Assembly: GCA_963843145.1 (NCBI GenBank)
Contig: CAWJJC010000027.1
Coordinates: 288,001-352,000, forward strand
Direction of reading: 5' to 3'
DNA from: an uncultured delta proteobacterium
GTDB lineage: Bacteria > Desulfobacterota > RBG-13-43-22
Length of the DNA: 64,000 nt
Position numbers and translations under genes: made by a program. How positions within the stretch are numbered: position 1 is the first letter of the stretch; every line of letters starts with the position of its first letter. The notes beneath the pieces were generated by a model. That model was not told the origin of the DNA, ran no database searches, and saw only the letters and a list, made by a program, of their open reading frames with translations. Positions 29,960 through 39,372 of this stretch are shown piece after piece.

Positions 29960-30241
29960 TTAAATGCACCAGGCCCGACGGGCGCCTGCCAGATCGGTGG
30001 CGGTCTCTTTTCTCATCCGGCCGACCTTTTTCTCGATGCCCGCTACGAAGGATCTCAGCTCTCTCTTGGTTTTTTTGGCCATGGCGGTGTGGGCCTTGGC
30101 GAAAGAAGCCTGCATGGCTGAAACCTCGGTGGCCAGATCCTTGGCCCCGCGCGCCAGATCCTGCATCAGCGCCCCCCGATCGCTCCGCAGAGCATCAACC
30201 TCTCCGCGTAAACGGGTCATGTCATCAGTCAGTTTTCCCAT
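29960..30241 (-). CDS. GvpC-like helical protein, copy 1
   Basis: Amphipathic helical 93-aa ORF directly after gvpA, at the position of gvpC in Serratia-type clusters. Confidence 0.7.
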   Translation of the reverse strand: MGKLTDDMTRLRGEVDALRSDRGALMQDLARGAKDLATEVSAMQASFAKAHTAMAKKTKRELRSFVAGIEKKVGRMRKETATDLAGARRAWCI

Positions 30242-30286
30242 ATTGATTTTCCTTCCTTTGATCTTTTCCTGAAACCAGGGACTTCG

Positions 30287-30315
30287 AAAAAGCGGGGGCC
30301 GGAAAAAGCCCCCGC
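30287..30315 (-). terminator. Rho-independent terminator/stability hairpin after gvpA copy 1
   Basis: Minus strand GCGGGGGC-loop-GCCCCCGC-TTTTT. Confidence 0.75.
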
Positions 30316-30339
30316 CCTATGGGAATCCTTCTTTCAGTC

Positions 30340-30558
30340 TTAGGCCGGGGCGGCGGCGCTGGCCGTCAACCCAATGGCCTCGGCATACTTGAGATACGTC
30401 TCAACCGAAGCAATCACTACCCTGGCCTCGATGGAAAGCAGCTCAATACCCACCAGAGATACCTTTACCCAGGCATCGATCACGATACCCTTGTCCAGTA
30501 TGCGGTCGACAACCTCTGCCAAACTGGATGAGTCCGTTGATTTCTGAACCTTAGCCAT
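30340..30558 (-). CDS. gvpA: Major gas vesicle structural protein GvpA, copy 1
   Basis: Protein identical to copy 2; AGGAGG RBS. Confidence 0.97.
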   Translation of the reverse strand: MAKVQKSTDSSSLAEVVDRILDKGIVIDAWVKVSLVGIELLSIEARVVIASVETYLKYAEAIGLTASAAAPA

Positions 30559-30633
30559 AATAATTTCCTCCTTTTGATGTGGTGATGATTTTTTTGAAAA
30601 ACAAGTGCAGGCCTGCCTGACATCCTTTAGTAA

Positions 30634-30649
30634 AGCAAGACGTGTGCCA
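30634..30649 (-). promoter_or_regulatory. sigma54 (-24/-12) promoter of the gvpA operon
   Basis: Minus strand TGGCACACGTCTTGCT, an exact match to TGGCAC-N5-TTGCW. Confidence 0.88.
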
Positions 30650-30853
30650 GTGCCCGAAAACTGGTTTCAGCCTGCCAGATCCGCTTCCCCAAAAGACGTC
30701 TTTCCCTGGCGGATGCTAACCGGAGAAGTTGGAACTGCCTGAAAAACCTGGTTTCTTCTAGGCGCGGGAAAAACGAAAAAGAAATTACCCGATCTTTTAG
30801 AAAGGGATCAATAGGTAAAGCAGGGGGAGGGGCTTCTCTTTTTAGCCGCTGTC

Positions 30854-30883
30854 TATGGAAGGCTATCTATGGAAGTTATTCCA
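30854..30883. promoter_or_regulatory. Putative enhancer (UAS): tandem TGGAA-N4-TTCCA palindromes
   Basis: tatggaaggctatctatggaagttattcca about 210 bp upstream of the sigma54 promoter; the same module occurs at 39321-39372. Confidence 0.65.
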
Positions 30884-31021
30884 GTTATGAAGGGCGGGCC
30901 ATACCTACTTAAAGCTATTTTAAATTCTTTTGAGGCGTTGCCCGTTCTTAAAAAAATATGCTGGCCTAACCCCTAACAGGGTTCAACCTGGAGATAAATT
31001 CTCAAATTATGGAGAGGGGAT

Positions 31022-31402
31022 CTACATCGCGGCGTGTAACTCAATGACCCGTTTGATTTCCTCGTGCGCGAAAGGCTTACCGATAAAGGCGGCGACCAGC
31101 CCTGATTGAATGGCCTCTTCGATGGACAGGTCATCCAGGTAAAAATAGGCGGAAACAATGACAATGGGCAGGCCGGGATGAGATTTCCGGATTTCCCGGG
31201 CCAGTTCGATCCCATCGAGGTCCGGAAGTTTGGCGTCTAGAAAGGCCATGCAAAAATTATATTTATCCGTCAGGGTCATGGCCTCCCCGGCGCTCTGGGC
31301 CTTCTGGCAGGCAAACCCGTTTTTCTTTAAAATATTTTCGATCACCCAACAGATTTCAGGTTCGTCATCGACCACCAGAAAAAGACCGTCTTCAGGACTC
31401 AT
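31022..31402 (-). CDS. Single-domain response regulator (GvrC-like position)
   Basis: LVVDDEPE, FLDAKLPDLDG, FIGKPF. Confidence 0.9.
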   Translation of the reverse strand: MSPEDGLFLVVDDEPEICWVIENILKKNGFACQKAQSAGEAMTLTDKYNFCMAFLDAKLPDLDGIELAREIRKSHPGLPIVIVSAYFYLDDLSIEEAIQSGLVAAFIGKPFAHEEIKRVIELHAAM

Positions 31403-32899
31403 GATGCACCTCAGGTTTAAAACGGATAGGCATTTTGAGGGTAAAGACACTTCCCCTGCCTTCCAGGCTCTCTACTTCAATGGTCCCCTTGTGCTGACGC
31501 ATGATGGAGTAGCAAATAGACAGGCCCAGGCCTGTCCCTTTGCCCGCCTGAGAAGTGGTGAAGAAAGGATCGAAGATTTTGTCGAGGTTTCCCTGGGAGA
31601 TCCCGCAACCCGTGTCGCTGATCTGTATCCGGACCTCGGAATCGACTGTCTGGACATCAATGTTCAACAGGCCCCCGTTGGGCATGGCGTTTATAGCGTT
31701 TAGAAAAAGATTCATGAATACCTGCTGCAGAAGCGTGACCGCACCATCCACCATCAGGGTCTCCTGGAAAAGAAGACCCTGATTTCGATCTTGTGAATCT
31801 TGGCATGGTGGGTAATCAGGGCCAGGGTTTCTTTGATCAGGGGAACGATATTCACTAGGGTAAACCGGGGCCTCGAAGAAGGGTAGGAATATTTGAGGAG
31901 ACTTTCGATGATCGCCGAGGTCCGCTGGATTCCTTTATAAATCTTTTCTGCGCATTCCCTGGGAAATTCCGGTAATCCCTCTTCTTCCATGAGAAACTGG
32001 GCCGAGGAATAACAAATGGCCAGGGGATTCCTGATTTCATGGGCGATGCCCCCGGCCATAACCCCCAGAGCGGCCATTTTTTGGGATTGAAGGAGTTCCA
32101 TTTCGAATTTCCTCTTTTCCGTCAAATCCCGGCCTACGGCCACGATACCTACTGTTTGATCGCTACTGTCCCTCAGGGGGGAGAAGACCCAGGATACCGG
32201 GATAAAAGTCGATCGGCTGGTTCTTAATAAACACTCCTTCATCCGGGCGCCCTTCCAGGTTTCGATACGGGGAAAAATCTCCTGGATTTCCTTTCGATCC
32301 TCGGCGGTACAGAAATCGGTAAAATCGCGTTCCCGCGCTTCCGCGGCGGAATAACCGGAAATTCTTTCGGCGGCGCCGTTCCAGGTCTGGATCCTGCCCT
32401 TTCGGTCCATGGACAAAATCAAATCATTGGCGCTCTCCACAATGCTGGCCAGATGACCTTCCACCCGTCGCATCTCCTCGCTGAGGCGCGCTTCCTCGGT
32501 CACATCATCCATCAGGAGGATAACCCCCTCCACCTTTTCCCGGGAGGAGAAGGGCAGGAGACTGTAGTAATAAATCCGGGTGGGCACCCCGGGGGCGCGG
32601 TAGGTCATCCGTTCTCCCTTGGCCGGTTGATTGGTTTCAATGACCTCTCGCATCCGCTTGCCGATGTCCATCTGTTCGAAGATCACGGGGGGAAAAACTT
32701 TTTCCAGTTTGTAGCCGAGGGTATTCGTTCGAGTCCTTTGACTCTTTTCGAGAAAATTGCGGTTGGCCGAGACAATACGCATGTCTGGACCAATCAGGAG
32801 GACGGATGAGGGTATGGCGTCCAGAAGCATGGTGTAGAGCTGCTCAAACTGGTCCGGAAATTCCTGGAGGGTCGGATCAGGGGGTTTGGATTTGATCAT
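31392..32899 (-). CDS. PAS-PAS histidine kinase (GvrB-like position), frameshift near 31770
   Basis: GIAHEIRNPL in 31754..32968; NAINAM, DTGCGI and GTGLGL in 31392..31754. Confidence 0.85.
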
Positions 32900-34436
32900 T
32901 CCTTCCCTTCCTGCCTCGATCCGACTTCTGGGCGGATGGTCCGGCGGGTGCGAGATCGGTGGCGACAAAATTATAAGGCGGCCAGGGACCGCTGATCAGG
33001 GCCTTGGCCTCTCCATCCTTCGGCATTCGCCGGAAGGCTTCCTGGAAGAGGCTGACTTTATTTCCCGGCACCAGGAAATAGAGGGACAAGATGACCGACC
33101 CGTTTTTGGCGGCCGTCTCGGTCCGGTGTCTGCCGTACAGACCGGAAAAGGCCTGGATGGTGCGATCCAGAAGCATCTGTTGCCGGCGGGAGTTCTCAGC
33201 CCTCATCCGGTAATGGGTCTTCCGCAGGGTGAGGTAATCCTGTCCGTTGACCGGCTGTTTTTCCGACGGTGACTCCACCGCCTCCTCGGGCAACAGGATA
33301 CGGATTCCCATTTCGACCCGACCGGCCAGTATATCGAGCAGCGCCTGGTATTGACGCCTCCTCTCTCCCAGGATCTTGCGGATCGCTTCCTTGCCGTTGA
33401 GGAAACAGCCGTAGCGCAGGGGAACAACCGCCTGCCGGCGATGAAGGTCCTCCATAACCCGGCTATAGATCAGGAGTTCGGAAACAGGGGGCGCCCCTTC
33501 CTCGGCCGACATCTCCGACACGGCGGCGCACAGGCCATGAACGGCGACGAAGGATATCTCCCGGCCCTTCACCCCCGTCAGAGGCCCGCCGGGGACGACC
33601 GGATCTTTGGTGATACCGTAGAGCAGATAGGTCATCATCCCTGACGTTTCGAGAACCGGGGCGAAGTGGTAAGGCGGCCAGGGACCGGAAAGCTCAAGCC
33701 GAAGCCCCTGGGCACCATGATCCCTGTTCCATTCGCCCAGCAGGCTTTCCAGGATATCTACGGATCGGTCGGGAACAAGAAAAGCGCCATGGAAAAACAT
33801 CTCACCGTCCATTCCCGTCACCTCCCGCGACAGGAGGCGACGTTCACTGAAAGACGAAGACGTCTCCTGAAAGATCCTCAGGATTTCCTCCCCTCTCTCC
33901 CTGAGCCGGGAGGTCAGCTCCCGCTCTACGGCCCCTTTGATTTTTTGTTCCAGAAAATAGCGCTTCCCCGGAGAAAGGCCGTCTAATTGTTCTTTTTCCG
34001 CCGCTAACCGCGCGTCCAGGATCTGCCTCCGGGCCTGCGGTTTGTCCACATAAGCCTTGAGGCTCCATTCCTTTTTCCCGGCCGTATCCCGGAAAAAGCT
34101 TGACCAGGTACCCTGATGCCGCCTCAGCGGCACCTCCAGCGCCTCGAGGGAAGAAAAGACCGTGCCAAAGCGAACGGGCAGCACGGGGACCTGCTCCATG
34201 ACGTCCATGATGACCGCCTCGTGACGCAGCGCCCGAGATCCGATCCAGGCCAGATCTTCCAGGCGGGTCTGGGCTTCCGGTCCGCAGAAATCCACCAAGG
34301 CGACCTCGGAGAAGATGGCGGCCACGTCCCCGACGATTTCGGCAGCGAGGGGATGCTCCCCGCCGATCCCCGTTCCCTTGACCTCCGGAAGAGGATTTCC
34401 CGGCGTCAGGCAAAAAAGATAGATTCCGGTGCTCAC
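32877..34436 (-). CDS. Two GvpF/GvpL domains read as one ORF (fusion, or two genes merged by an indel near 33640)
   Basis: Two units, each YL(F/L)...P(V/L)R(F/Y)G...SGPWPPY(H/N)F. Confidence 0.85.
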   Translation of the reverse strand: MSTGIYLFCLTPGNPLPEVKGTGIGGEHPLAAEIVGDVAAIFSEVALVDFCGPEAQTRLEDLAWIGSRALRHEAVIMDVMEQVPVLPVRFGTVFSSLEALEVPLRRHQGTWSSFFRDTAGKKEWSLKAYVDKPQARRQILDARLAAEKEQLDGLSPGKRYFLEQKIKGAVERELTSRLRERGEEILRIFQETSSSFSERRLLSREVTGMDGEMFFHGAFLVPDRSVDILESLLGEWNRDHGAQGLRLELSGPWPPYHFAPVLETSGMMTYLLYGITKDPVVPGGPLTGVKGREISFVAVHGLCAAVSEMSAEEGAPPVSELLIYSRVMEDLHRRQAVVPLRYGCFLNGKEAIRKILGERRRQYQALLDILAGRVEMGIRILLPEEAVESPSEKQPVNGQDYLTLRKTHYRMRAENSRRQQMLLDRTIQAFSGLYGRHRTETAAKNGSVILSLYFLVPGNKVSLFQEAFRRMPKDGEAKALISGPWPPYNFVATDLAPAGPSAQKSDRGRKGRNDQIQTP

Positions 34437-36568
34437 CCCATCCGCCCGCGCACTTCCTCCAGGGCCTCCTCGATATCCTCAGGCCGGATGAGGATTTCCG
34501 GTTCCCCGGCCCCGGACTTCTCCAGGGTCTTTACGGCCCGGCGAACCGCCGTCATGGCGGCTTGGCGCATGACCGCGGCGATGTCGGCCCCGGTGAAGCC
34601 TTCGGTCCTTTCTGCCAGTTTCGTGCTGTGAATATTTTTAGCTAGAGGTTTCTGACGAAAATGCACCACAAATATCTCCTTCCGATCTGCTTGGGTGGGC
34701 ACCATCATCTCGACAATATCGTCGAAGCGGCCCGGTCGGAGGACCGCGGCATCCAAAATATCTAAACGATTGGTCGCCCCCAGGACGAGAACTCCTCGAA
34801 GTTCGTCGATGCCGTCAAACTCAGCCAAAAACTGGCTGAGGATCCGTTCGGAGACATGGGAATCCGAAGCCCCGGCGCTCCGGGTCGGAACGAGCGCGTC
34901 GATCTCGTCAAAAAAGATGATGCAGGGCGCCGCCTGTCTGGCTTTGTGAAAGATCTCCCGGAGCCCCTTCTCCGACTCTCCGACCCATTTCGACATCAAG
35001 GCCGGCCCTTTGACGGAGATGAAATTTACCTGGCTTTCCGTGGCAATCGCCTTGGCCATCATCGTCTTGCCGCATCCCGGAGGACCGGCAAGAAGAATCC
35101 CCTTGGGCGGGGTCACGCCCCCCTTTTCAAAAAGGTGCGGATACTTCAGCGGCCACTCCACGGCCTCGACGAGGCGCTGTTTCAAAGAAGCGAGGCCTCC
35201 GACGTCTCCCCAGTGCACATTCGGAGATTCGACAAAGACCTCCCGGATGGCGGATGGTTCGATCTCCCGCAGGGCGGCCAGGAAGTCTTCCATGCGCACC
35301 TCGAGTTTCGAGAGGGTTTCGTAAGGAATCCCGGCCTGCCCGAAATCGATCTCCCCCATGATCTGGCGCAGGCAGCTCATGGCCGCTTCCCGGCAGAGGG
35401 CCTCTAAATCCGCTCCGACGAAACCGTGGGTGATTTCCGCCAGGTGATCCAGGTGGACGTCTTCGGCCAGGGGCATCCCCCGGCTGTGAATCTCCAGGAT
35501 CTCCAGACGGCCGCGCCGGTCCGGGATGGGAATAACGATCTCCCGGTCAAAGCGGCCCGGTCGCCGCAGGGCCGGGTCAAGGGCATTGGGAATATTGGTA
35601 GCGGCAATGACGATGACGTTCTGTCTCTTGTTCAGACCGTCCATGAGGGCCAGAAGCTGGGCGACGACCCTTTTTTCCACGTCCCCGACCACGTTTTCCC
35701 GGCGGGGGGCGATGGCGTCGATTTCGTCAAGAAAGAGGATGCTCGGTCCCTTCCGGGTCGCCTCTTCGAAGATCTTCCGCAGGTGGGCCTCGCTTTCACC
35801 ATAAAACTTGTGGATAATCTCCGGTCCGCTGATGGAAAAGAAATTGGCCTCCGTCTCGTGAGCAATGGCGCGGGCGATGAGGGTCTTCCCGCACCCCGGA
35901 GGACCATAGAGCAGCACTCCTTTGGGGGCATCGATCCCCAGGCGTTCAAAAACCTCGGGATAGCGCAGCGGCAGTTCAATCATCTCCCGGATGCGCTGAA
36001 GCTGGGATTTCAAACCGCCGATGTCTTCATAGGCCAGGGTCCTGCCGACCCCTTCTTCTCCTTGCGACTTGCCGATAACCAGAATGGTGGTCGGGTTGAT
36101 GATCACCGGCCCCTTGGGCGTCACGGATTCGACTTTGAAGAAAGCGGCCCGGCTGCCGAACAGGGCCGCCTGGATCTTGGCCCCCTCCATGACCGGCAGC
36201 CCATCGAGGAGGCTCCCGATGTATTTCAGGTCCCGCTCCGCCGGGGTGACGTTGGTCGGCGTCAGGACGATCCGTTCCGCCGGACGGCATTTCAATTTGC
36301 CGATTTTCACCATTTCATCAAGCCCGACGCCGGCGTTCTCCCGGGTCAATCCGTCCAGTTGGACTCGGGACTGGCCGCGGATTTCCTTAAAAGCGGGCAT
36401 GACTTTGCAGAGGGCCTTGCGCTTTCCCTCGACTTCCACCGTGTCGCCGACAGCCGCCTGGAGTCGATCGAGATCTTCCGGTCCCATCCGGGCTAAAGCG
36501 CGTCCGACGTCCTTGGTCAGGGCTTCGGTTACTTTCAGCTTGATGAACGGTTTTTCAGTCTCTTTCAT
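34433..36568 (-). CDS. CDC48/VCP family AAA+ ATPase (GvpZ-like position)
   Basis: N-domain plus two AAA modules: GPPGCGKT twice, FLDEID/FFDEID, LRRPGRFD. Confidence 0.95.
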   Translation of the reverse strand: MKETEKPFIKLKVTEALTKDVGRALARMGPEDLDRLQAAVGDTVEVEGKRKALCKVMPAFKEIRGQSRVQLDGLTRENAGVGLDEMVKIGKLKCRPAERIVLTPTNVTPAERDLKYIGSLLDGLPVMEGAKIQAALFGSRAAFFKVESVTPKGPVIINPTTILVIGKSQGEEGVGRTLAYEDIGGLKSQLQRIREMIELPLRYPEVFERLGIDAPKGVLLYGPPGCGKTLIARAIAHETEANFFSISGPEIIHKFYGESEAHLRKIFEEATRKGPSILFLDEIDAIAPRRENVVGDVEKRVVAQLLALMDGLNKRQNVIVIAATNIPNALDPALRRPGRFDREIVIPIPDRRGRLEILEIHSRGMPLAEDVHLDHLAEITHGFVGADLEALCREAAMSCLRQIMGEIDFGQAGIPYETLSKLEVRMEDFLAALREIEPSAIREVFVESPNVHWGDVGGLASLKQRLVEAVEWPLKYPHLFEKGGVTPPKGILLAGPPGCGKTMMAKAIATESQVNFISVKGPALMSKWVGESEKGLREIFHKARQAAPCIIFFDEIDALVPTRSAGASDSHVSERILSQFLAEFDGIDELRGVLVLGATNRLDILDAAVLRPGRFDDIVEMMVPTQADRKEIFVVHFRQKPLAKNIHSTKLAERTEGFTGADIAAVMRQAAMTAVRRAVKTLEKSGAGEPEILIRPEDIEEALEEVRGRMG

Positions 36569-36579
36569 AATCCCTCACT

Positions 36580-37269
36580 TTAGGTCTTTTCACATCGGAT
36601 GGTCACAATGCCGTTGTTGCAGGTTACCTTGATCCTCTCCTCGGAAAGGCTGTGACGCAACAGGATCTCTTTCCGGTATTTTTTCCCGCCTTTCTTGGCG
36701 AAGACCGTCAGGACGTCGTCCCGGACTTCAATTTTGATATCCTCCGGCCCCACCCCCGGCATTTCGGCGATCAAGGTGGTGCCGGACTCATCCTCGAAGA
36801 CATCGAGGGGAGGTTCGTGGATTTCCTGAACCACCGCCTCACCGGTTTTCTTGTCTTTGCGTATGTTGCCAAAAGGTTCCACCCGGATTTGATCGTCCTG
36901 GCCCCCTAAACCCGTTTTCATGGTAAATCCATAGACCCCTTTGAGGCCGCCTTCTTTTGACGAGAAGGTAAATTCCCCTTTATCAGACAGGGATTCCCCT
37001 TTTTCCGAAATAGCATTGAGCTTTTCAGCTATGTCCGTCAAACCGGTGAGGAACCGGCTGAAACGGTTCTCGCCGGCCGTCTTTTCCCCGCTTCCACGGT
37101 CCGCCCGGTCGCTCCCCGGACGGGAAGCCCGATCTCGAGCGTGCTTCTCTCCTGCCTCGGCCAGGTCCCCAAGGTTATTCAAAAATCCGGTCAGGCTATT
37201 AAAAACGCCGCCTCCAAATCCCGCTTGTTCCCCTTCGCCGTTTTTGAGGTCCGGCCTACGTTTTTTCAT
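36580..37269 (-). CDS. Hsp20/alpha-crystallin protein (GvpH-like)
   Basis: GVYGFT...EPFGN, EPPLDVFE, IAEMPGV, NNGIVTI. Confidence 0.85.
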   Translation of the reverse strand: MKKRRPDLKNGEGEQAGFGGGVFNSLTGFLNNLGDLAEAGEKHARDRASRPGSDRADRGSGEKTAGENRFSRFLTGLTDIAEKLNAISEKGESLSDKGEFTFSSKEGGLKGVYGFTMKTGLGGQDDQIRVEPFGNIRKDKKTGEAVVQEIHEPPLDVFEDESGTTLIAEMPGVGPEDIKIEVRDDVLTVFAKKGGKKYRKEILLRHSLSEERIKVTCNNGIVTIRCEKT

Positions 37270-38677
37270 TGGTTCCTCCGTTTATTCGGATTCCAAATTT
37301 TTTCACTTTCGTATGAATGGTCTTATAGTCGACCTTCAACAACCTGGCCGCCTGGGCCTTGTTTCCTCCTGTTGTTTTCAGCACTTCCGTGAGAACCTTT
37401 TTTTCCACGTCCAGAACGTTCATTCGAACAATTTCGGCGAGGGACGTATGCTCCCAAGGCGTTCTCTGAACCTTCGAGGCATAGGCCATTTCCGGCGCCG
37501 AAGCCCGCTTGATGCTGAGATTCTTTTCGGTGATCACCTCCTTGACCACCAGGGCGGCCTGCCGGATTACCGATCGGAGCTGGCGGACATTTCCCGGCCA
37601 GTCATAAGACATCAAGGTCTCCACCGCCCCGTCCGTGAAACCCTTGACCAACTTGTTCAATTCGATATTGGCCAGATCCAGAAAACGCTTGGCCAGGTAA
37701 GGAATATCGTCTTTTCTCTCTCGGAGGGGGGGGATAATAATCGTAAACTCGCTCAGACGGTAATAGAGATCCTTTCGAAAAGTACCCGCAGCACTCATTT
37801 GCTGAAGGTCCTGATTGGTCGCCACGATGATCCGGATATCCACGTCCACGGGTTTCGACCCGCCGATCCGATAGAGCTTCCGATCTTGAATAACCCGGAG
37901 GAACTTCGCCTGAGAACCGGGGGGCATATTGGCGATCTCATCCATGAACAGGGTCCCGCCGTGGGCCAGTTCAAACTTGCCAATTTTCTGGCGCTCCGCT
38001 CCGGTGAACGATCCCTTTTCATGACCAAACAGTTCGCTCTCCAACAGCGGTTCGGGAATGGCACCGCAATCCACCGGCATAAAGGTCGCGTCCCTCCGCT
38101 GGCTGTCTTCATGTATGGCCTCGGCAACCAGTTCTTTTCCCGTGCCCGTCTCGCCCAGGATGACCACAGAGAAGTCCGATTTCGATACCCGGTGGACCTC
38201 GGCCACAAGCCGGCTGACCATTTCGCTGGGTCCCATGCGCTGGATAAGGCCAAAGTTTCCCTGATAGCCGTCTTTTTTGGATTTCAGGGCCCTCTTTAAT
38301 TTTCCTTCCGCCAGGGCGCGGCGGGTAATCCTGACCACCTCGTCATTGTCGAAGGGTTTGGACAAATAATCAAAGGCCCCTATCTTTATGGCCTCCACGG
38401 CCTGGTGAATATCGGCGTAGGCCGTGACCAGCACCACCGGCAGGTCGTCGTCAATGGTCTTAATTTTTTTCAGGACCTCCATGCCGTTGAGGCCAGGCAT
38501 GCGGATATCCAGGAGCACGGCATCCGGGGTATCGAATAAAATCCTCTGGATGGCCTGATCTCCGTCAGGAGCGGTGATGACTTTGATTCCCTCATTTTCC
38601 AGGATATGGATCAGAATCTTTCTGATTCCCTCTTCATCATCGACGACCAGAATACGTCCTATAAAATCATCCTTCAT
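37256..38677 (-). CDS. NtrC-family sigma54-dependent response regulator (GvrA-like)
   Basis: REC domain, GETGTGKE, ESELFGHEKGSFTGA, WPGNVRQL, Fis-type HTH. Confidence 0.95.
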   Translation of the reverse strand: MKDDFIGRILVVDDEEGIRKILIHILENEGIKVITAPDGDQAIQRILFDTPDAVLLDIRMPGLNGMEVLKKIKTIDDDLPVVLVTAYADIHQAVEAIKIGAFDYLSKPFDNDEVVRITRRALAEGKLKRALKSKKDGYQGNFGLIQRMGPSEMVSRLVAEVHRVSKSDFSVVILGETGTGKELVAEAIHEDSQRRDATFMPVDCGAIPEPLLESELFGHEKGSFTGAERQKIGKFELAHGGTLFMDEIANMPPGSQAKFLRVIQDRKLYRIGGSKPVDVDIRIIVATNQDLQQMSAAGTFRKDLYYRLSEFTIIIPPLRERKDDIPYLAKRFLDLANIELNKLVKGFTDGAVETLMSYDWPGNVRQLRSVIRQAALVVKEVITEKNLSIKRASAPEMAYASKVQRTPWEHTSLAEIVRMNVLDVEKKVLTEVLKTTGGNKAQAARLLKVDYKTIHTKVKKFGIRINGGTNEKT

Positions 38678-38678
38678 A

Positions 38679-39293
38679 TCATCTTTTTCCTTTATTTGAA
38701 GGACGATTAATGGGATAAAGAATATGAATATCTTCCGGCAGGAAATCGGCAACATTATGCAGCATCCCCAGGAAAAGGATGCCTGTCTCCCCCGCCTGCA
38801 GGGTCGTTGCGATCCTCGACGCAATGAACGCGTCCCGCTTCCTCAGCAGAAGATCACTGGCCGCCTTTTGACTGGCCTCGATCTCGATGGCCTTTTTTAC
38901 CTCGCCGGATTCGAGAACCTTTTTGATGAGCCGATACTCTTCGATGAGCAGTTCCGCCGATTCCGTGCCCATGATCGTCGCCCCTTTTTCCATAAGGCGG
39001 ACCAAGAGTTGGTGATTGGGACTTCCTTTTCTTGCTATTTCAGTTATTATCTCCATCTCTTTATCACACACCGGCAGGCCATCCTGGTAAACGCGGGTTT
39101 GTCCATAGGAAAGAGAAAGGGTATCGAGGGTGTCTTCTATGCCGGACCAAAACTTTTCGATAAGCTGGTGTTTACGTCTCCAGGTTCGCTCACCGAGCTT
39201 TTGGAGGGTGACCTTTTTGACCGATTCGCTCAGTGTCCCCATATCTGACTCGGTGTGGACAATAGGAATGTAGATAAGCGTTCTGGAAGTCAT
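38679..39293 (-). CDS. Conserved-looking hypothetical protein, possible TraB/TIKI/ChaN-like fold
   Basis: IPIVH, VYQDG, RDAFIASRI, LFLGMLH; first gene of the regulatory operon. Confidence 0.65.
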   Translation of the reverse strand: MTSRTLIYIPIVHTESDMGTLSESVKKVTLQKLGERTWRRKHQLIEKFWSGIEDTLDTLSLSYGQTRVYQDGLPVCDKEMEIITEIARKGSPNHQLLVRLMEKGATIMGTESAELLIEEYRLIKKVLESGEVKKAIEIEASQKAASDLLLRKRDAFIASRIATTLQAGETGILFLGMLHNVADFLPEDIHILYPINRPSNKGKR

Positions 39294-39320
39294 GGCTCCT
39301 TCGCCCGATACTGTGGGATA

Positions 39321-39372
39321 TATGGAATCTCTTCTATGGAAAACGTTCCATCATAATATGGAATATGTTCCA
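39321..39372. promoter_or_regulatory. Three TGGAA-N4-TTC(C/T)A palindromes upstream of the regulatory operon
   Basis: TGGAATCTCTTCTA (39323), TGGAAAACGTTCCA (39337), TGGAATATGTTCCA (39359). Confidence 0.65.

Noticed and set aside
30806-30818. IHF site between the enhancer and sigma54 promoter (GATCAATAGGTAA)
   Set aside because: Two mismatches to WATCAANNNNTTR; too weak to call
36941-38299. Long plus-strand ORFs opposite real genes (also 1005..2111, 35426..36496, 58746..59771 and others)
   Set aside because: Antisense shadows of GC-rich coding regions with no motifs or RBS
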